DNA of 64,000 nucleotides from Fistulifera solaris. Taxonomy: Eukaryota. The position numbers were made by a program, and so were the translations under genes. Under the pieces are notes generated by a model. It saw only the letters and a list, made by a program, of their open reading frames with translations, was not told the DNA's origin and made no database searches. This document shows positions 13,521 to 26,216 of the stretch, piece after piece (position 1 is the first letter of the stretch; each line of letters begins with the position of its first letter). The stretch covers positions 496,001 through 560,000 of the forward strand of contig AP026142.1 of assembly GCA_030295235.1 (NCBI GenBank), in the 5' to 3' direction.

Positions 13521-14230
13521 CTTTGTTGAATGAGTGAATGAGAGTTGCTGTTGTTGTTGTTAACGTCGTTGATTGCGTGGAGTGTCACCTTTCGGATTAC
13601 TTCCGAAGCAATGACTTTGGTTAGCAAATGTTGTGTGGTAAAATAAACGTGATGCCGATCAGTGTTGTAGCACGACAAAGGCAAGCAACGCAACCTTACA
13701 CCAAAACGGGGATCACTTTATGATTTATATGAAGGATGTCCGCGTGAATTTTTAATATCTCAGTGGTTGTTGATATGAATTTATTTATTTATTTTGAAGG
13801 AAGGAAGGCAGGCAGGAGAAACGGAATGCCTCTATACTGGTAGTGATATAAATGATAGTCTCGGCGATGGACCGCAACGCGAGAGAGATGCAACGCACTC
13901 ACATCGCGTGCTCGCTCGCTCGGCAGCCCTATAGCCATCATACAGAGTGCAGTAGCTCTATATACAATGCCTTCAACGACTACCATTTCCATCTTTCCAA
14001 ACATTTCGAATGTCGCTCCGAGTCTATAATATCATCAAGATCCCAGTTGACTCCACTCCCGAGCGTGACTAAATCTTCGTGAAGCTTCCATACCCATCTG
14101 CGCCTGCGAACGACCATGGCCGCATTCATTACATTACCGTCCGACCCCATCCTTTTTATCATCACTTTTCGTCTTGATCAATTACTCTCTCTCTCACTCA
14201 CTTACTCATTCATTCATTCATTCATTCAAG

Positions 14231-15508
14231 ATGACTTCCTCCAGTAAAGAAGCACTCGCCATCGAATATTGCGAAAGCATGGCGCAATTGCACCCCGATT
14301 TGGCGGCCGACTATTATCAACCCATGCAAAGCTTTCTCGCTACGAAACGCTGGCATCAATTGACTTTGAAAATCTTGGAATTTGTACACGACACTCGAAA
14401 TATACGCCAGACGGTCCATGACGACAATGGACATTCGTTCTTGACACTCTATGATCAAGTCGTCCAAAGTGTCGATGCCAAATTGCATCCCTTGTCGTTG
14501 GCCCGTATTGCGGCGGCAGTCGCCGGGGCGCTCGCGGAACATGATCTCACGGCTGCCAAGGCTGTATTGGAAAATGTAATCGCCAACAAAAAAGTGATAA
14601 ATGCGGTGGCGACCATTTTTGCGCAATCCAAACATTCCTTGTTGTGTTTGCAAAGTTTGCCGCCAGAAAACACTCCCCAGCGCAAAGAAGCGCTCGACGC
14701 GATTTTGTCAGTGATTCGATCCAATGCTACAACCTTGAATGAATTACTTATTAGTGATCCCGTCGATCAAGCCATCGTGAATGCGGCACATTTGGAACAA
14801 GCCATGATGTACTACAAGATTGTGGGTCCGGCGGAAGCCTTTTACGAACAAGCCATTCAATTTTTGCATTACGCTCCATCGCCGGGACCTACCTCCTCCA
14901 GTAGGAGTAGTAGTAGTAGTAGTACTGGTGTGAATTATCATCAATTGGCCGTAGATCTATGTTTAGCGGCATTGACCGCGGATGGCGTATACAATCTGGG
15001 TCAAGTGCTGGAAAGTGCCCCGAAACAATTGATTTTGTCATTAAAGGACAGTCCCGAGGGTTGGTTGGTCGATATTCTCCGGGCTTGTGCCGACGGAGAT
15101 TTGACACAATTCCGTCAATTGACGGAACAGCACGCGGAGGCAATTCAGCAACAACCGGCGTTGGTGCATCGCGCGACGGCCGTCCAAGAAAAGCTCACAT
15201 TGTTGGCCTTGGTGAAGATGATATTCGCCAAACCAGCGCACGAGCGAACCTTGGCGTTCTCCGAAATTGCCGAGCAATTGATGGTACCGGAAGATCAGGT
15301 CGAATGGATTATTATGCGTGCTCTCAGTGTGAAATTAATCAAGGGATCCATCGATCAAGTGGACCGAACATTGCAAGTCACGTGGGTGTTGCCACGGGTT
15401 CTCAACCAAGAACAACTCGTCAGTTTGGCGGGACGATATGGTGAATGGGCCGCCAAAGTCGGTCGCATTCAAGAAAAGATTCAAGATCAAACGGTAACGT
15501 TTGCGTAA
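14231..15508 (+). CDS. RPN9: 26S proteasome regulatory subunit RPN9/PSMD13 (PCI domain)
   Basis: KRWHQLT, AALTADGVYNLGQVL and PCI C-terminus VEWIIMRALSVKLIKGSIDQVDRTLQVTWVLPRVL. ATG at 14231. Confidence 0.92.
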   Translation: MTSSSKEALAIEYCESMAQLHPDLAADYYQPMQSFLATKRWHQLTLKILEFVHDTRNIRQTVHDDNGHSFLTLYDQVVQSVDAKLHPLSLARIAAAVAGALAEHDLTAAKAVLENVIANKKVINAVATIFAQSKHSLLCLQSLPPENTPQRKEALDAILSVIRSNATTLNELLISDPVDQAIVNAAHLEQAMMYYKIVGPAEAFYEQAIQFLHYAPSPGPTSSSRSSSSSSTGVNYHQLAVDLCLAALTADGVYNLGQVLESAPKQLILSLKDSPEGWLVDILRACADGDLTQFRQLTEQHAEAIQQQPALVHRATAVQEKLTLLALVKMIFAKPAHERTLAFSEIAEQLMVPEDQVEWIIMRALSVKLIKGSIDQVDRTLQVTWVLPRVLNQEQLVSLAGRYGEWAAKVGRIQEKIQDQTVTFA

Positions 15509-15620
15509 ATTAATCGTATTTACACTTTTTTTTATGAACTGTCACTTTCGTTGGAATTCCAACAAATAATCTTTGATACTGAATAGCACTTAGTGTACAA
15601 TCGAAATGAACTGCATCTCT

Positions 15621-16886
15621 CTATTGAATGTTCGTCCCTCGGCGTGAACGCATCTGTGTCGCCCAGTCCCTGGATAGAGGAACCAGCTCTGTCCATGGAT
15701 TTCCTTGACGATCCGCAGACACTTCCACATCATCATCATCGTCGTCGTCGTCGGGTATTCGCGATCCCACCCTTTCTTCATCTGGCGCTTCGTCGGACTC
15801 TTCGGACGAAACCGAACTATCATCCGTCATCGGAATCCATTCTCCTTGATCATTCGGCACCAAAAGAGTTCCATTCGAATTCCAAGCGACGCGGTCAAAA
15901 CAAGGTACCCAATCTTTTCCGTAATTGACACGAGCGGATAAGCAGGTCAATACAACAAAAGCACCACAGAACGGAATATTCCAATACGGTTGGACCAAAA
16001 ATTCGGTATACCACCAAAATAAGCCTACCAGACCACTTATCGCAATGGTGGTCAGGGATTGCGGAGACACGAGCATCAGCATCAAGATACAGAGAAAGTA
16101 CGAGACTGACGGAGATAAGAACTGTAAATTCCGTAACCACGGTATAATTTGGGGAGCCACATAAGGATATTGCAGATGAAAGACCAGTAGCAGCGTTGCC
16201 GTGAGAGAGGTGGGGGTAGTTGAGAGGGGTCGATCGAGCAGTTTTGTGCGGAACGAAGCCAGGGGATGATGATTCGTCGTTTGATAATTGTAGGAAGAAC
16301 GTGGTGCAACTTCCTCCAAACGGCGAATTAAAATTTGGTACAGAGCCAGTTCTGTTCCATACGCCAAGATGCCCCAACACAAGAGTATTCTAGCATAATT
16401 CCATCGTGATTGGAATGGTAGATTGTATTCTTCTTCGAGCGCCCGACACGACCAGACAATGTGACAATTGTACAGTAAGAGAGGAGCCGCACCCAGACTC
16501 GCACGGGTCATCCAACGATCGATACGAACAAGAAGCATTTCCCGGAATCTATCAAACGTAGCCCGACGACTGTAATGCGATGAATCGTCGTCATGGCCCA
16601 TTTCCACCACTCGATCGGAAATTCTTTCTGCGGGATGATGATGATGATGCCCCAAGAATCGGCAAGTCTCGAGGAAGGACGTCGTGGGCTCCGGATGTGA
16701 CAATAAAGCCATCCACAGTCGATGGAATCGTTTCTTTTCGATAACAATGCGATAATTGACTGTGATTGCTTTCCGACGCTGGCGTTTATTCCATTGCCAG
16801 AGAAATAGAATGTGCCACACTATCACCGTGGACATGGAGATCGGCGAAAGAATTTCCATTATGGATGCGTCTAGCAATCTCTCCAT
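15621..16886 (-). CDS. Multi-pass membrane protein, possibly rhomboid-like pseudoprotease
   Basis: Intact 421-aa ORF with several hydrophobic segments. FHRLWMALLSH and LLYNCHIVWSCRALE resemble rhomboid loop-1/TM2 motifs, but there is no GxSG. Confidence 0.5.
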   Translation of the reverse strand: MERLLDASIMEILSPISMSTVIVWHILFLWQWNKRQRRKAITVNYRIVIEKKRFHRLWMALLSHPEPTTSFLETCRFLGHHHHHPAERISDRVVEMGHDDDSSHYSRRATFDRFREMLLVRIDRWMTRASLGAAPLLLYNCHIVWSCRALEEEYNLPFQSRWNYARILLCWGILAYGTELALYQILIRRLEEVAPRSSYNYQTTNHHPLASFRTKLLDRPLSTTPTSLTATLLLVFHLQYPYVAPQIIPWLRNLQFLSPSVSYFLCILMLMLVSPQSLTTIAISGLVGLFWWYTEFLVQPYWNIPFCGAFVVLTCLSARVNYGKDWVPCFDRVAWNSNGTLLVPNDQGEWIPMTDDSSVSSEESDEAPDEERVGSRIPDDDDDDDDVEVSADRQGNPWTELVPLSRDWATQMRSRRGTNIQ

Positions 16887-17408
16887 TCAAGCAGTGCTAT
16901 TTCTTGTGTTTGAGGTTGCTTTTGGGATTTTTTTTTATTCGTTGAATTTGAATGATGTTAAAAAACGAGACGACAGCTTTAACGTTTTGTCTTCATGGTC
17001 AACAAATAAGTCAACACGAAACGGTCAAATTTCACGAGAATTCGTGACTCATGATAATACTGCAGTCGTGTCGAAAAACGGACAGCACTTTCGGCATACA
17101 GTAACTATTGAGAAGGCAAGGAAGACTAAGGCTAACGTTACTATCGGACTCGTTTGAACAATAACCTTACTGGCTGGTAAACGCCGAAATGATTGTGTTG
17201 CGACGACCGCTGCTTTTTGTCTGCGGACGATATAATTATTATTTTAACATGTTGGCCTTGATGAGATTCAGTACAATCGTAAACAATCTTATAATTCGGT
17301 ACATACCCATCTATTTTATCGCTTGATTTATTCTTCATCAATTCCACGTTTACCGCACGAAGGAACGGCCTCAAACACATAACGTTTTATCGGATCGATT
17401 TTAAAAAA

Positions 17409-20400
17409 ATGACCGAAACACCGGAAGTCGACGACAATAAGGAAAAGAAGCGCAAGAAACAATATAAACGCATGGGAAAAATTCTGGCGGCAGCATGGGA
17501 ATGGGATTCTTCTTTCAAGATAAAGATGATGATGATGATGATGACGCTGCGGAATGGTTGTGTTTAACAGATGTTGGTCAAAATTTAGATCAAAAGGCGT
17601 ACCGACTCGGTCGCCATGGATGGGAAGACTTTGCCCGAGACGTCGGAGGCGTCTATCATTGGCACATCCACAAGTAAGTGTTATCGTTCTGTGTTTATAC
17701 TTCTTTCATTGTGACACAATTCGTGGTCTTGTTGACAATAAGGATATGCGACCAAGCGTTTCGTTTTTCTCTATCAACTTTTCGCTGACGGCTGTCCCTT
17801 TGTTTCGTCTTCTTCAGAAAAACAGCTTTATCCACCAAAGCTAAAGCCTGCATTCAAAAGGCAAAAGATTTGTTTGCGAAAGTGGACGAATCTCTGGCAA
17901 AGATAGTGACGGAAAATTACGTGCCGAAACAAGAGTCCGCAAAGAAACGCAAGACAGAGGATGCTCATAATAGCCCGAGAAAGAAGAGCAAAGCAGCGAA
18001 CAAGAACAGTGAATTGGCCGAGCGTGAAGAACGAGCCATGGAAATGTTAGCTACCTTCATTGAGGAACGGCGTGGCAAGCGGTCGCAAGTATCGGGTTTC
18101 TCGGCGCGTGTCACCCGCAAGTCTTCGAGCGGGAAATTCGACACGAATTTTTTCAACGAAGCGGGTCGACGATTTCGTTCCATGCTCGAGGTGGGACGCT
18201 TTCTGGGTCTCGTAACGGATGAAAGATCGGTGGGTGGCGGCGTTCGTCGCAAAAATGGAACTCAACGAGAGTCTTCACGCGAACAAGAGGCCGAGAAGAA
18301 GGCGATCCGGAAGGAGCTCGACAAACTACGAAAGACGCTCCACAGGGCACAGAAAACATTGGATGATTTTGTTACTGAACGAAAGGATTCCGGACACCCG
18401 CAAAACAGTATACAATTAGCCGACGAAGATGACACTGCTGCTACGGATCAATCAGGTCTCCAACTGTCGTCTGGCATGCCAAGCCGTATCGCTGCTGCGA
18501 GAATTCCCGACATTGAGCGCTTCCCCGGGCTTCCCGATTGTTGCCTTCCGGACGTGTTAATGACGTGGAATTTTCTATGCACATTCGAACGCGCTGTCAA
18601 TCTCACACCTGTGAGCTTGGACGACTTTGTGGATGCTCTCACTTACATGCCTCCGGCGGGACAGACGGGTGATGATCTTCTTTCGCCCCCGGTGTATTTA
18701 GCGGAAGCGCATTTGGGTCTTCTCAAGCTACTCTTCGAGGATCGGGCAAGTGACGACTGGTGGTGGAGCGTGTTGGAATCGGACGAAACAGACTTGCACG
18801 AAAACTTCAATGAAGACATGGAGACGGGACCAATGGTTGCTCCACCCATCAAAGTTGATATGTTGTCACTTCTTCGGGAAATAGAGGACCCTTTGATAAC
18901 AACAAGCTGGCTAACAGCTCTGGAAGGCGTTTGCAGCGCCAGCAACACCGACAGAAAACAATTTCGGGATTCGATTAAAACTACAATGAAACTTGTGACA
19001 AATAAGTGGGCTTTGGCATTTCTGCGTAGAGCCTTGAGCCACGACAAAAGTCCCAATTGCGAATTCGCTAAGAAGGCCGCGAAGTGGCTTTGTCGTAGGT
19101 TCCGAGAGGCTCGTCCCGATCTAATAGATAGAAGTGTCAAGAGCAACGATGCTATTAGGGCCCGCGAAAAAGTGGCAGAGGATATGAGCAAGCTGATGGA
19201 CGACTTGCCAGAGTCCGTTCCGGTGGTTGGCAGCGATGATATATCAGACACTGAATACGACGGCGAAGAAGATAGTGACGACGAATCTGACGATGAAGAC
19301 GATGACCAGGAGAATGTTGCAAACCGTAGCAGTGTCCTAGATGACTCGCAAAAAGTAGCTAGTTCTATTCCACCGAAACCGCTTCCTACATTCGTGGATA
19401 TGCTATTACCTCCGGCTAAGCCAAACGCATATGACGAATTTGTCAATGCCTTTTCTTGGCCCCATCTTGTAGGCGCAACTCTTTTACGAATATTGCATCG
19501 AAAAGACGCATTTTAAATGAGGTTGACGACAGCTTACGCGATAAGAATCAGTGCAATCCGTTAGTGGCGTCAGAACGCCGGGAAAGAGAGCGCATGGCTG
19601 TCGCAAGGGTGTTGACTGAATGCATTGAGAGTGTTGATCATGGATCGGGTCTCGAAAAATCGATTAATCATTTGTGCAGTGGTGGTAATTACATAACCTT
19701 ATCCCCCCCTCGAAAGGCTATGCATACTTCGAGGCCTTATTGAAGCTGCATACGACTCGGTGAAAGTTAATGATGTTGTTATTGGAAACTACAAGCAAAG
19801 AATGAGTGCAATGAAGGCCCTAGAAATAGAGCAGAGGCGAGCCAAAAAGGATGCGAAGGAAAAAGCTGCCGCTGACGAAGCCGCTGCTCGAGAACAACTT
19901 GCAGCGGAAGCCAGAGAAAAGTTTTTGGACGAAAAGCGAGAAGAAATTTTAAAGCTCAATGAAAAATCGAAGGAATTTTCTGATGAAGTAATGGAATCTT
20001 TGACTGACGAGGATATAATTGAATTCGATGAGGATATAAAAGCTGATTACGATGCTTTGCCCAGTCCTGAGTCATTTAACAAGGCAGAAGTCAGCGAAAT
20101 GGTAAAACGTTTACAAGAAGCCGCAGCGTTCGATACCGACACTCTCCGAGTTGTCACAATGGAGGAGCTTGTCGAACGTGAGAGGTTAGAACTGGAAGAA
20201 ATGGAAGCTGGACTCTCCGGTTTAGGCGGCGAGGATGCTTTACTTGATGAAAACCTGGATCGAGACACTTTTAGGTCCATAGAGCGGCTCGTGAGGGACA
20301 TTGCTAAAGTGAAATCTTTGTCTGAGAAACTTCCCATTATGCGTGCTGTGGCTTTGGATCACCTCAAGGATGCCATTATCGACGGCACAATGAAAGTGCT

Positions 20401-22090
20401 TCGCAGCGCTATTGCATCAGCTAAAAAGGCGAAATTGACTGGCCCAGACGATGAAACCGGAGGCATCTGGGCTGTTGATATTATGAGAGACGCAGCTCTA
20501 GAACTTGACAAAGCGAAACAGAACAAACGAGTTTTTGATGCGCAAAAGGACCTTGTCGCGAAACGCAACAAGTGCTTTATTCGTTGTGAGCCCATCGGCC
20601 AAGATCGCTTTGGCAACTGCTTTTGGACATTTAATGCTGAAGAAGCAGGGCATATCTGGGTAGAAACGGAATACAATCTCGCAGACAATCAATTGGAGGA
20701 ATCTGAAAACCCGGGTTTCATCAATCTCAAACGCTTAGGCTCAGATATCAAGGTTGGTGCCGAGGACATGGAATCAGATTTTCTTGCTTCCGATGATCCT
20801 GCTTTGCGGCTATTTAGCCGACAGGAATACCACTCTGCTGGATTCAGTTCGTCGCTTGTCAAACGCAATTGGGGATGCCATCATACGGAAGAATCTTTGC
20901 GCTCGGTGATAAAAATGCTGGATGGTAGTAAAGAGAAAGAGCAGGCGTTGAAAGCCAAACTAAAGGATTCTCTCGAAGAGATAGTTGAGAGTTCTGAAAA
21001 GCATAATTTAGGCACAGAAGAGCTCGAAGACGAGGAGAATGGCGACTCTATGCTTGGCACCAATCATTTACTCGTTGACGGTGATAAAGACGTACTGCAA
21101 GCGGCAAAGAAGGCTTTAAATGCCGAGATAGCTGATTCCCAAGTGATTCGTGATTTGGAGTCTGCAATAGGGCTCAAAATCCGGGTTCGTTTAGTCGTTG
21201 GTGAAACGAAGGATCCGTCAGTGGCCAAGTATGAGGACGGGGAGGTCCTAGGTTGGCTGACACGTAAATACAAAGTCGAGAGCCAGGAAATGATAGAGGA
21301 AGAAGACAAAACTATTGTGAAAACAGAAAAGGTCTCAGTCTGGAAAGTGCGTACAGCAAGGGGAAAAGTGGTATGGCTAGACGGTATTGAACTTCTAGAA
21401 AGTTTTCTCAGGTCCAAGAAGCGAGAGAAAGAAGTCGGCTACTTCGAAAATGACTCTTCCTTTCTTGCTTACAGAAATCATGGCGGCCGTCATTGTGGAA
21501 AAGCCAGCGAAGCACCCTATGCAGCCAGTCCCATCTTTCTTGCACGCTGGATGGTGAAACGGGAATCGGAACTTTACCCAAAATTAAAGATTCGAAGTTA
21601 CGACAACACTTGGGGAGGAAAAAGTGGAGCTAGGAATCAGTGGACAAATCAGATGAAAGATTTTGCGTATGACTTCGCTACTACCAAGCAGGGATTACTC
21701 ACGCTCGAGCAGGCCTTTTTCGAATTGACATTGGGATTTTCGGAGTATCAGAATGCGCCGGAAGAAGTTGACGTTCAAGCCGCTTTAGATGACCCGACTC
21801 AGCGCGTCGAAATTGAGCTGGAATCGATTGAAAAGTCTGCCCCGGGTCTCTGGAATACACCCCTCTCCCGGGCCGTTTTCATTGAAATAGTGTCGAAGTG
21901 CACCACAACCGGGTTTCTTGCACTTGCCTTTGATTTACTTTGCAGGAACACTTTGAAGTACCTTCAGCGTCATCGACTTTTGGACGTACGCCCCGAGCGC
22001 GATGTATCAAGCTACCAGAGTTTTGTCGGCGGCAGAACAACACGGCGGATGAATGCCTGGCAACAACAGCAAGATGCGTATTATGAATGA
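17409..22090 (+). CDS. BAZ2/ACF1-like chromatin protein with MBD-like, DDT and WHIM/WSD domains
   Basis: MBD-like FDTNFFNEAGRRFRSMLEVGRFL, DDT LPDVLMTWNFLCTFERAVNLTPVSLDDFVDAL, WHIM1-like YITLSP..RLCILRGLIE, and WSD IRCEPIGQDRFGNCFWTF. Intron 17674-17817. Frameshifts at ~17515, ~19503 and ~19705. Confidence 0.8.
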
Positions 22091-22174
22091 GAGCTGCAAC
22101 GATACAAATTTGTTTAATCTATTGTATGGTGATTTTTAACCTACTGCAGTAGATGTGAACTTGTTCTTGTTAGC

Positions 22175-24016
22175 TCACTGATCGCCCACTGGAGATAGAA
22201 ACACAGAACGTGCTTCCATGTCCTGAGCTAACTCTGCATGATTCAAACCTTCCGTTTCTTTGTAAGACACAACCGTGGGAACACTAAATTCTCTCAGCGC
22301 ATCGTTGACTGACATTACGCCCATGGCCGAAGAGCGTCTTCCAGCGAAAGGCAGTGTATCGGGGGACCGTCCACACTGACTATTCAAGTTTATCTTTCCG
22401 AAAATAGCAGAAAATCGATCTAAGATAAGAGCAGTTTCTTTGGGATTTTCGGTAAATATAGAAACTTGCTGTGCATAAGGACCCTCTTTACCAAACTTGA
22501 GGACTTGCTCAAGACTATCGTACGGAGCGATAGGGACTAGTGGACCGAATTGTTCCTCCTGAATTGTTCGTTGATTAGACCACTGAAACTTGTGAAGCAA
22601 TGTGCAACAACCAAAGATACTTACATGGAAAATTTCCATATTTTCACTAATGGACAAAAAAATCAGGTAAGAAAACAAAGGAGCATTGTCAAGAAAAATG
22701 GAGAAAAGACTTACGTGACGGGATAAAGGACAGCGGGAACCATCAATGTACTGTCGTTACCACCAATAATTTTACCACCATTTTCATTCATTATTCGCGC
22801 TCCCTTGCTTACTGCATCTGTTAACAACGAAGTCATGTATTGGATACGACCTTCATTGGGAAGTGGGGTGATGTTCGAAAGGAGGGGTTGAGCACTGTCT
22901 TCCGCATGATTTTGCCACGGAAGGCCGACACGTAGTGCTTCTACTTTCTTCGCCAGCTGCAACGCAAAGCTTTCCGCACTTGCGTGAGGCACAAAAATCA
23001 GTTTCAAAGCAGTGCACCTTTGTCCATTGAAAGAAAGGCTTCCCAACACAATTTCGTTCAAAGCATTGTCTAGAAGCGCTTCCTTCTCACTTTCAAAGAC
23101 ATCCGGAAGAACAATACCCATATTGTTGGCTTCCAACTGTAAAAAAGACTTTAAGACGATGAGGATGTGGATGACTATGAATCAATTGATCGGCAGCCTT
23201 GGAGCCCCCGATAAATGCCAAGCCATCAATCAAGCCCGATTCCATAAGGGGAGGCATGGTTTTGCGACCCGAACCCGATACGAAATTGACGGTACCCGGC
23301 GGTAACACTTTATTGAATGCTTCCATGGTGAGCAAATGAGCAAGACCTCCCACAGCAGGGATCTTCATGAGAATAATGTTGCCCGTGAGCAGCGCTGGAA
23401 TCATGGCGGCATAACTCTCATTGATTGGATAATTATAAGGAGCCAAGCACATAATGATCCCAATGGCAGCTCGACGAATGATCGCCCGGGTCGAGCCAAT
23501 CGACTGCCATACTCCTTTATACTCATCGTCACTTTTGATGGTTTGAATGACCTGTTTGGCGAAGTCTACGGTACGATCAAATTCGGCTTCGGCTTCCTTC
23601 CGATTCTTTCCAATCTCCCACATGAGCGTCGTAACAATCTCCTCTCGAACTTTCGCCAATTCTTCAAATACTGCTTCAATCGCACGGCATCGTTCCGCTA
23701 GACTCATCTGAGGCCACACGCCGGTGCCTCGATCCCAAGCTTGGACGGCGACTTGAAGAACTTGCAAGGCATCCTGCGAAGTGAATTGTGGCATTCTCCC
23801 AATGACTACTTTCTTGAAGGGCTTGGAGCCATTTTCAAGGCAGGTGTCTGCTTCCTCATCAATTTGACAGCACGCGACTACGTCTTGCCAAGGTCGTTCG
23901 GCCGTTTCTTCAAACGTGGTGGAGACCGGCGACCAAATTTGAGGCGTGACGTTCGGAGCGTCGGCAGCGCCACAAATGCTGATTATCAGTAGCGCAGTGG
24001 CGATTGTGAGCTTCAT
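22175..24016 (-). CDS. Aldehyde dehydrogenase, GapN-like (non-phosphorylating NADP-GAPDH family), with signal peptide
   Basis: APYNYPINE, FIGGS, QLEANN, catalytic NGQRCTA, EEQFGP and INLNSQCGRSPDTLPFAGRRSS. Introns 22647-22714 and 22559-22624 flank a 22-nt exon. One extra T at ~23143. Confidence 0.82.
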
Positions 24017-24459
24017 TTCTATTTGATTGTGAACTTATATAAGTCGATTGAGGTGAATATATTAGAACTACAAGTAGTACTGTAGGACAACTCGCGAATG
24101 TCAAAGAATGAATGCAATTTGATGGGAAAATACGAAAGCAATAACACGTCATCACACTCGCGCGTAGTGGAGCGGTTTCCATAGTACAAATAATATGTCG
24201 TATCAATAACCATGGATTAAACAAGAAACATCATGTGCTTCGACTTTAGCTTCCGATGTAGACGACCATTTTCATGACTGGATTTCAGTCGCGAGCTATG
24301 GTTGAGGTGCAATACATAATACACTCCGTCAGCCCCTTTGCAAACGCCAATAATACAATTGAGAATTAACTGCAGCATAAGATTACAAACCTCAGGTTCA
24401 CGTCGATTCCTGCTCAAAAACCATGTCATTTTCCCCGCAGGCTCTACCCACAATTATTA

Positions 24460-25751
24460 TTATAAAAACCGAACATTCCCCGAATCATCAAAAGTCAAAC
24501 TTGGCTTTAAAAGCCAGCTCTCTTCCGAAGCTACTTGCACAAGATTTGGATCTTCCATTCGGTGACGCAAGCGATCAGCTGCGGCCATTCCATCCACATC
24601 CAGAATGGTCAAGTAAATATCTTCAAACGCCATTTTGGCGACCGCTCTGCAAGATGGCCGACACAATGTGTCAGAAAGCCAGCGAACCTTGCCATATACA
24701 TAGCATAGTACTTACAAGTTGTTGAAATCATTCGCGTCATCTCCAAAGGGATCATCCAATTCGATGGCAACTAACTCCAATCCCACAAAACCGTACGTCA
24801 GAACAAAGGCTTGACAGCAGTGCGCTATCACGGAAGAGCTATCACCAATCAACACAAAGGGAACCGTAAAAACATAGAAAAACAGAAACATGCGTGCCAT
24901 TTGCACCAGAGGAAAGGGCACTGGTGTCATCAAAAATCCTTGTATGCCATAATATCCTCCCATAAACACATCAACACTTTGAAATAATTTATTCTCTTGA
25001 TTCACTTGCAATTTTGCCGGATCCGCCAGTCGCAACAGATTCGAATGAATGGTTTTGCGCAACAAATACGCGACCCGTACCGGAACCCGCATGGAAACTT
25101 CCCACTCGGACCGTTCAGCATGCGCCCACCGGCTCCCTTGCGTCATGGCGTGCACAATTTCGTCCCGTTCGACGCCATTCAATTCGGGCAACTCCCACGC
25201 CGGACACTGTGTTGTGGGATAATTGATGACCGCCATGGCCGTTCGTAACAGAAGCAAAGAACGATACGCCAGTTCGTGACGCCATGTAACGGCACTTTCG
25301 TCGATCGCCGCATTGGAAAGAACGATCGCCGTCTGCACCAATTCTCGCGTTTCGCGGTACATGATCCCTAAATAATTGCGTGCCTCATTGTAGCGTCCCA
25401 AGGCAATGTTAACTCGTGACACTAACAAAAACGCCACCACAATCGAGAGGAAGGAATGTCCTTGGTTACTGATTTCGAGAAAATGTTTCGCATTCATCAG
25501 GAGGATTTGATCGAAATACGTCAAAAGAAGCGTCAGCAATACATTGAAAACACAGTACGGTAGGACCTGAGGATGGTATATGGTGAGAAAAAAAGAAAGT
25601 CGTCCAGCCATTACCGACGAAACCTTTCCATCCGACGCACCTTCCACCAAATACTGCCATGCAATTGCGTTAATACACTCCAATGAGATTTCGAATTATA
25701 CGCTACGGTATATGCGGCAAGTGATGGTTTGTGTTTGCTAGAACTCGTCAT
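24460..25751 (-). CDS. Bestrophin-family (RFP-TM-like) anion channel
   Basis: FLLVSRVNIALGRYNEAR, TPVPFPLVQMAR and ELVAIELDDPFGDDANDF. ATG at 25751, with introns near 25567-25640 and 24647-24714 giving a continuous frame to the stop at 24460. Confidence 0.85.
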
Positions 25752-26216
25752 GAATTTATTTTTGGTTGTGTTGCGCGGTGACAAGGAAAATAAATGAACG
25801 TATGATTATTATTCGCGTTTGGCGTCGACGAAAAAATAATGACAAAAAAATAATGATTATTCATTCGTTTGCTTCGAAAACAATGAGACGGGAAAAGTGG
25901 TGCGACGTCATCTTATTACCTGGTATGGCGTAGAAGAATAATCATCATCGTCTGTAGTGTGGTGCGTGTGGTCTTTTCAGGTACCGGTACCCAGAAAATC
26001 TGGGGGTTTGGTCTTTTGACAATCCAAGAAAATCTGAGCGTTCTGTTTCCAAACTACCAGGAGATCTGGAAGTGAAGTGTTTTCACATTACCAGAAAATC
26101 TGGTACTGTACCTGGTCAACACGCACACAACAATCATTCGAACCATCAGGGGCCGAAAGACGCCCCTCATTTTTTCTCATGTTTGAAGAAGACTGAATCA
26201 AACAAATACATATTCG

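Noticed and set aside
13545..17545. Short microsatellites (GTT)n, (CT)n/(CATT)n, (AGT)n, (GAT)n
   Set aside because: Ordinary low-copy simple repeats in UTRs or low-complexity coding segments.
18643..19446. 267-aa minus-strand Ser-rich ORF
   Set aside because: Antisense shadow of the DDT protein.
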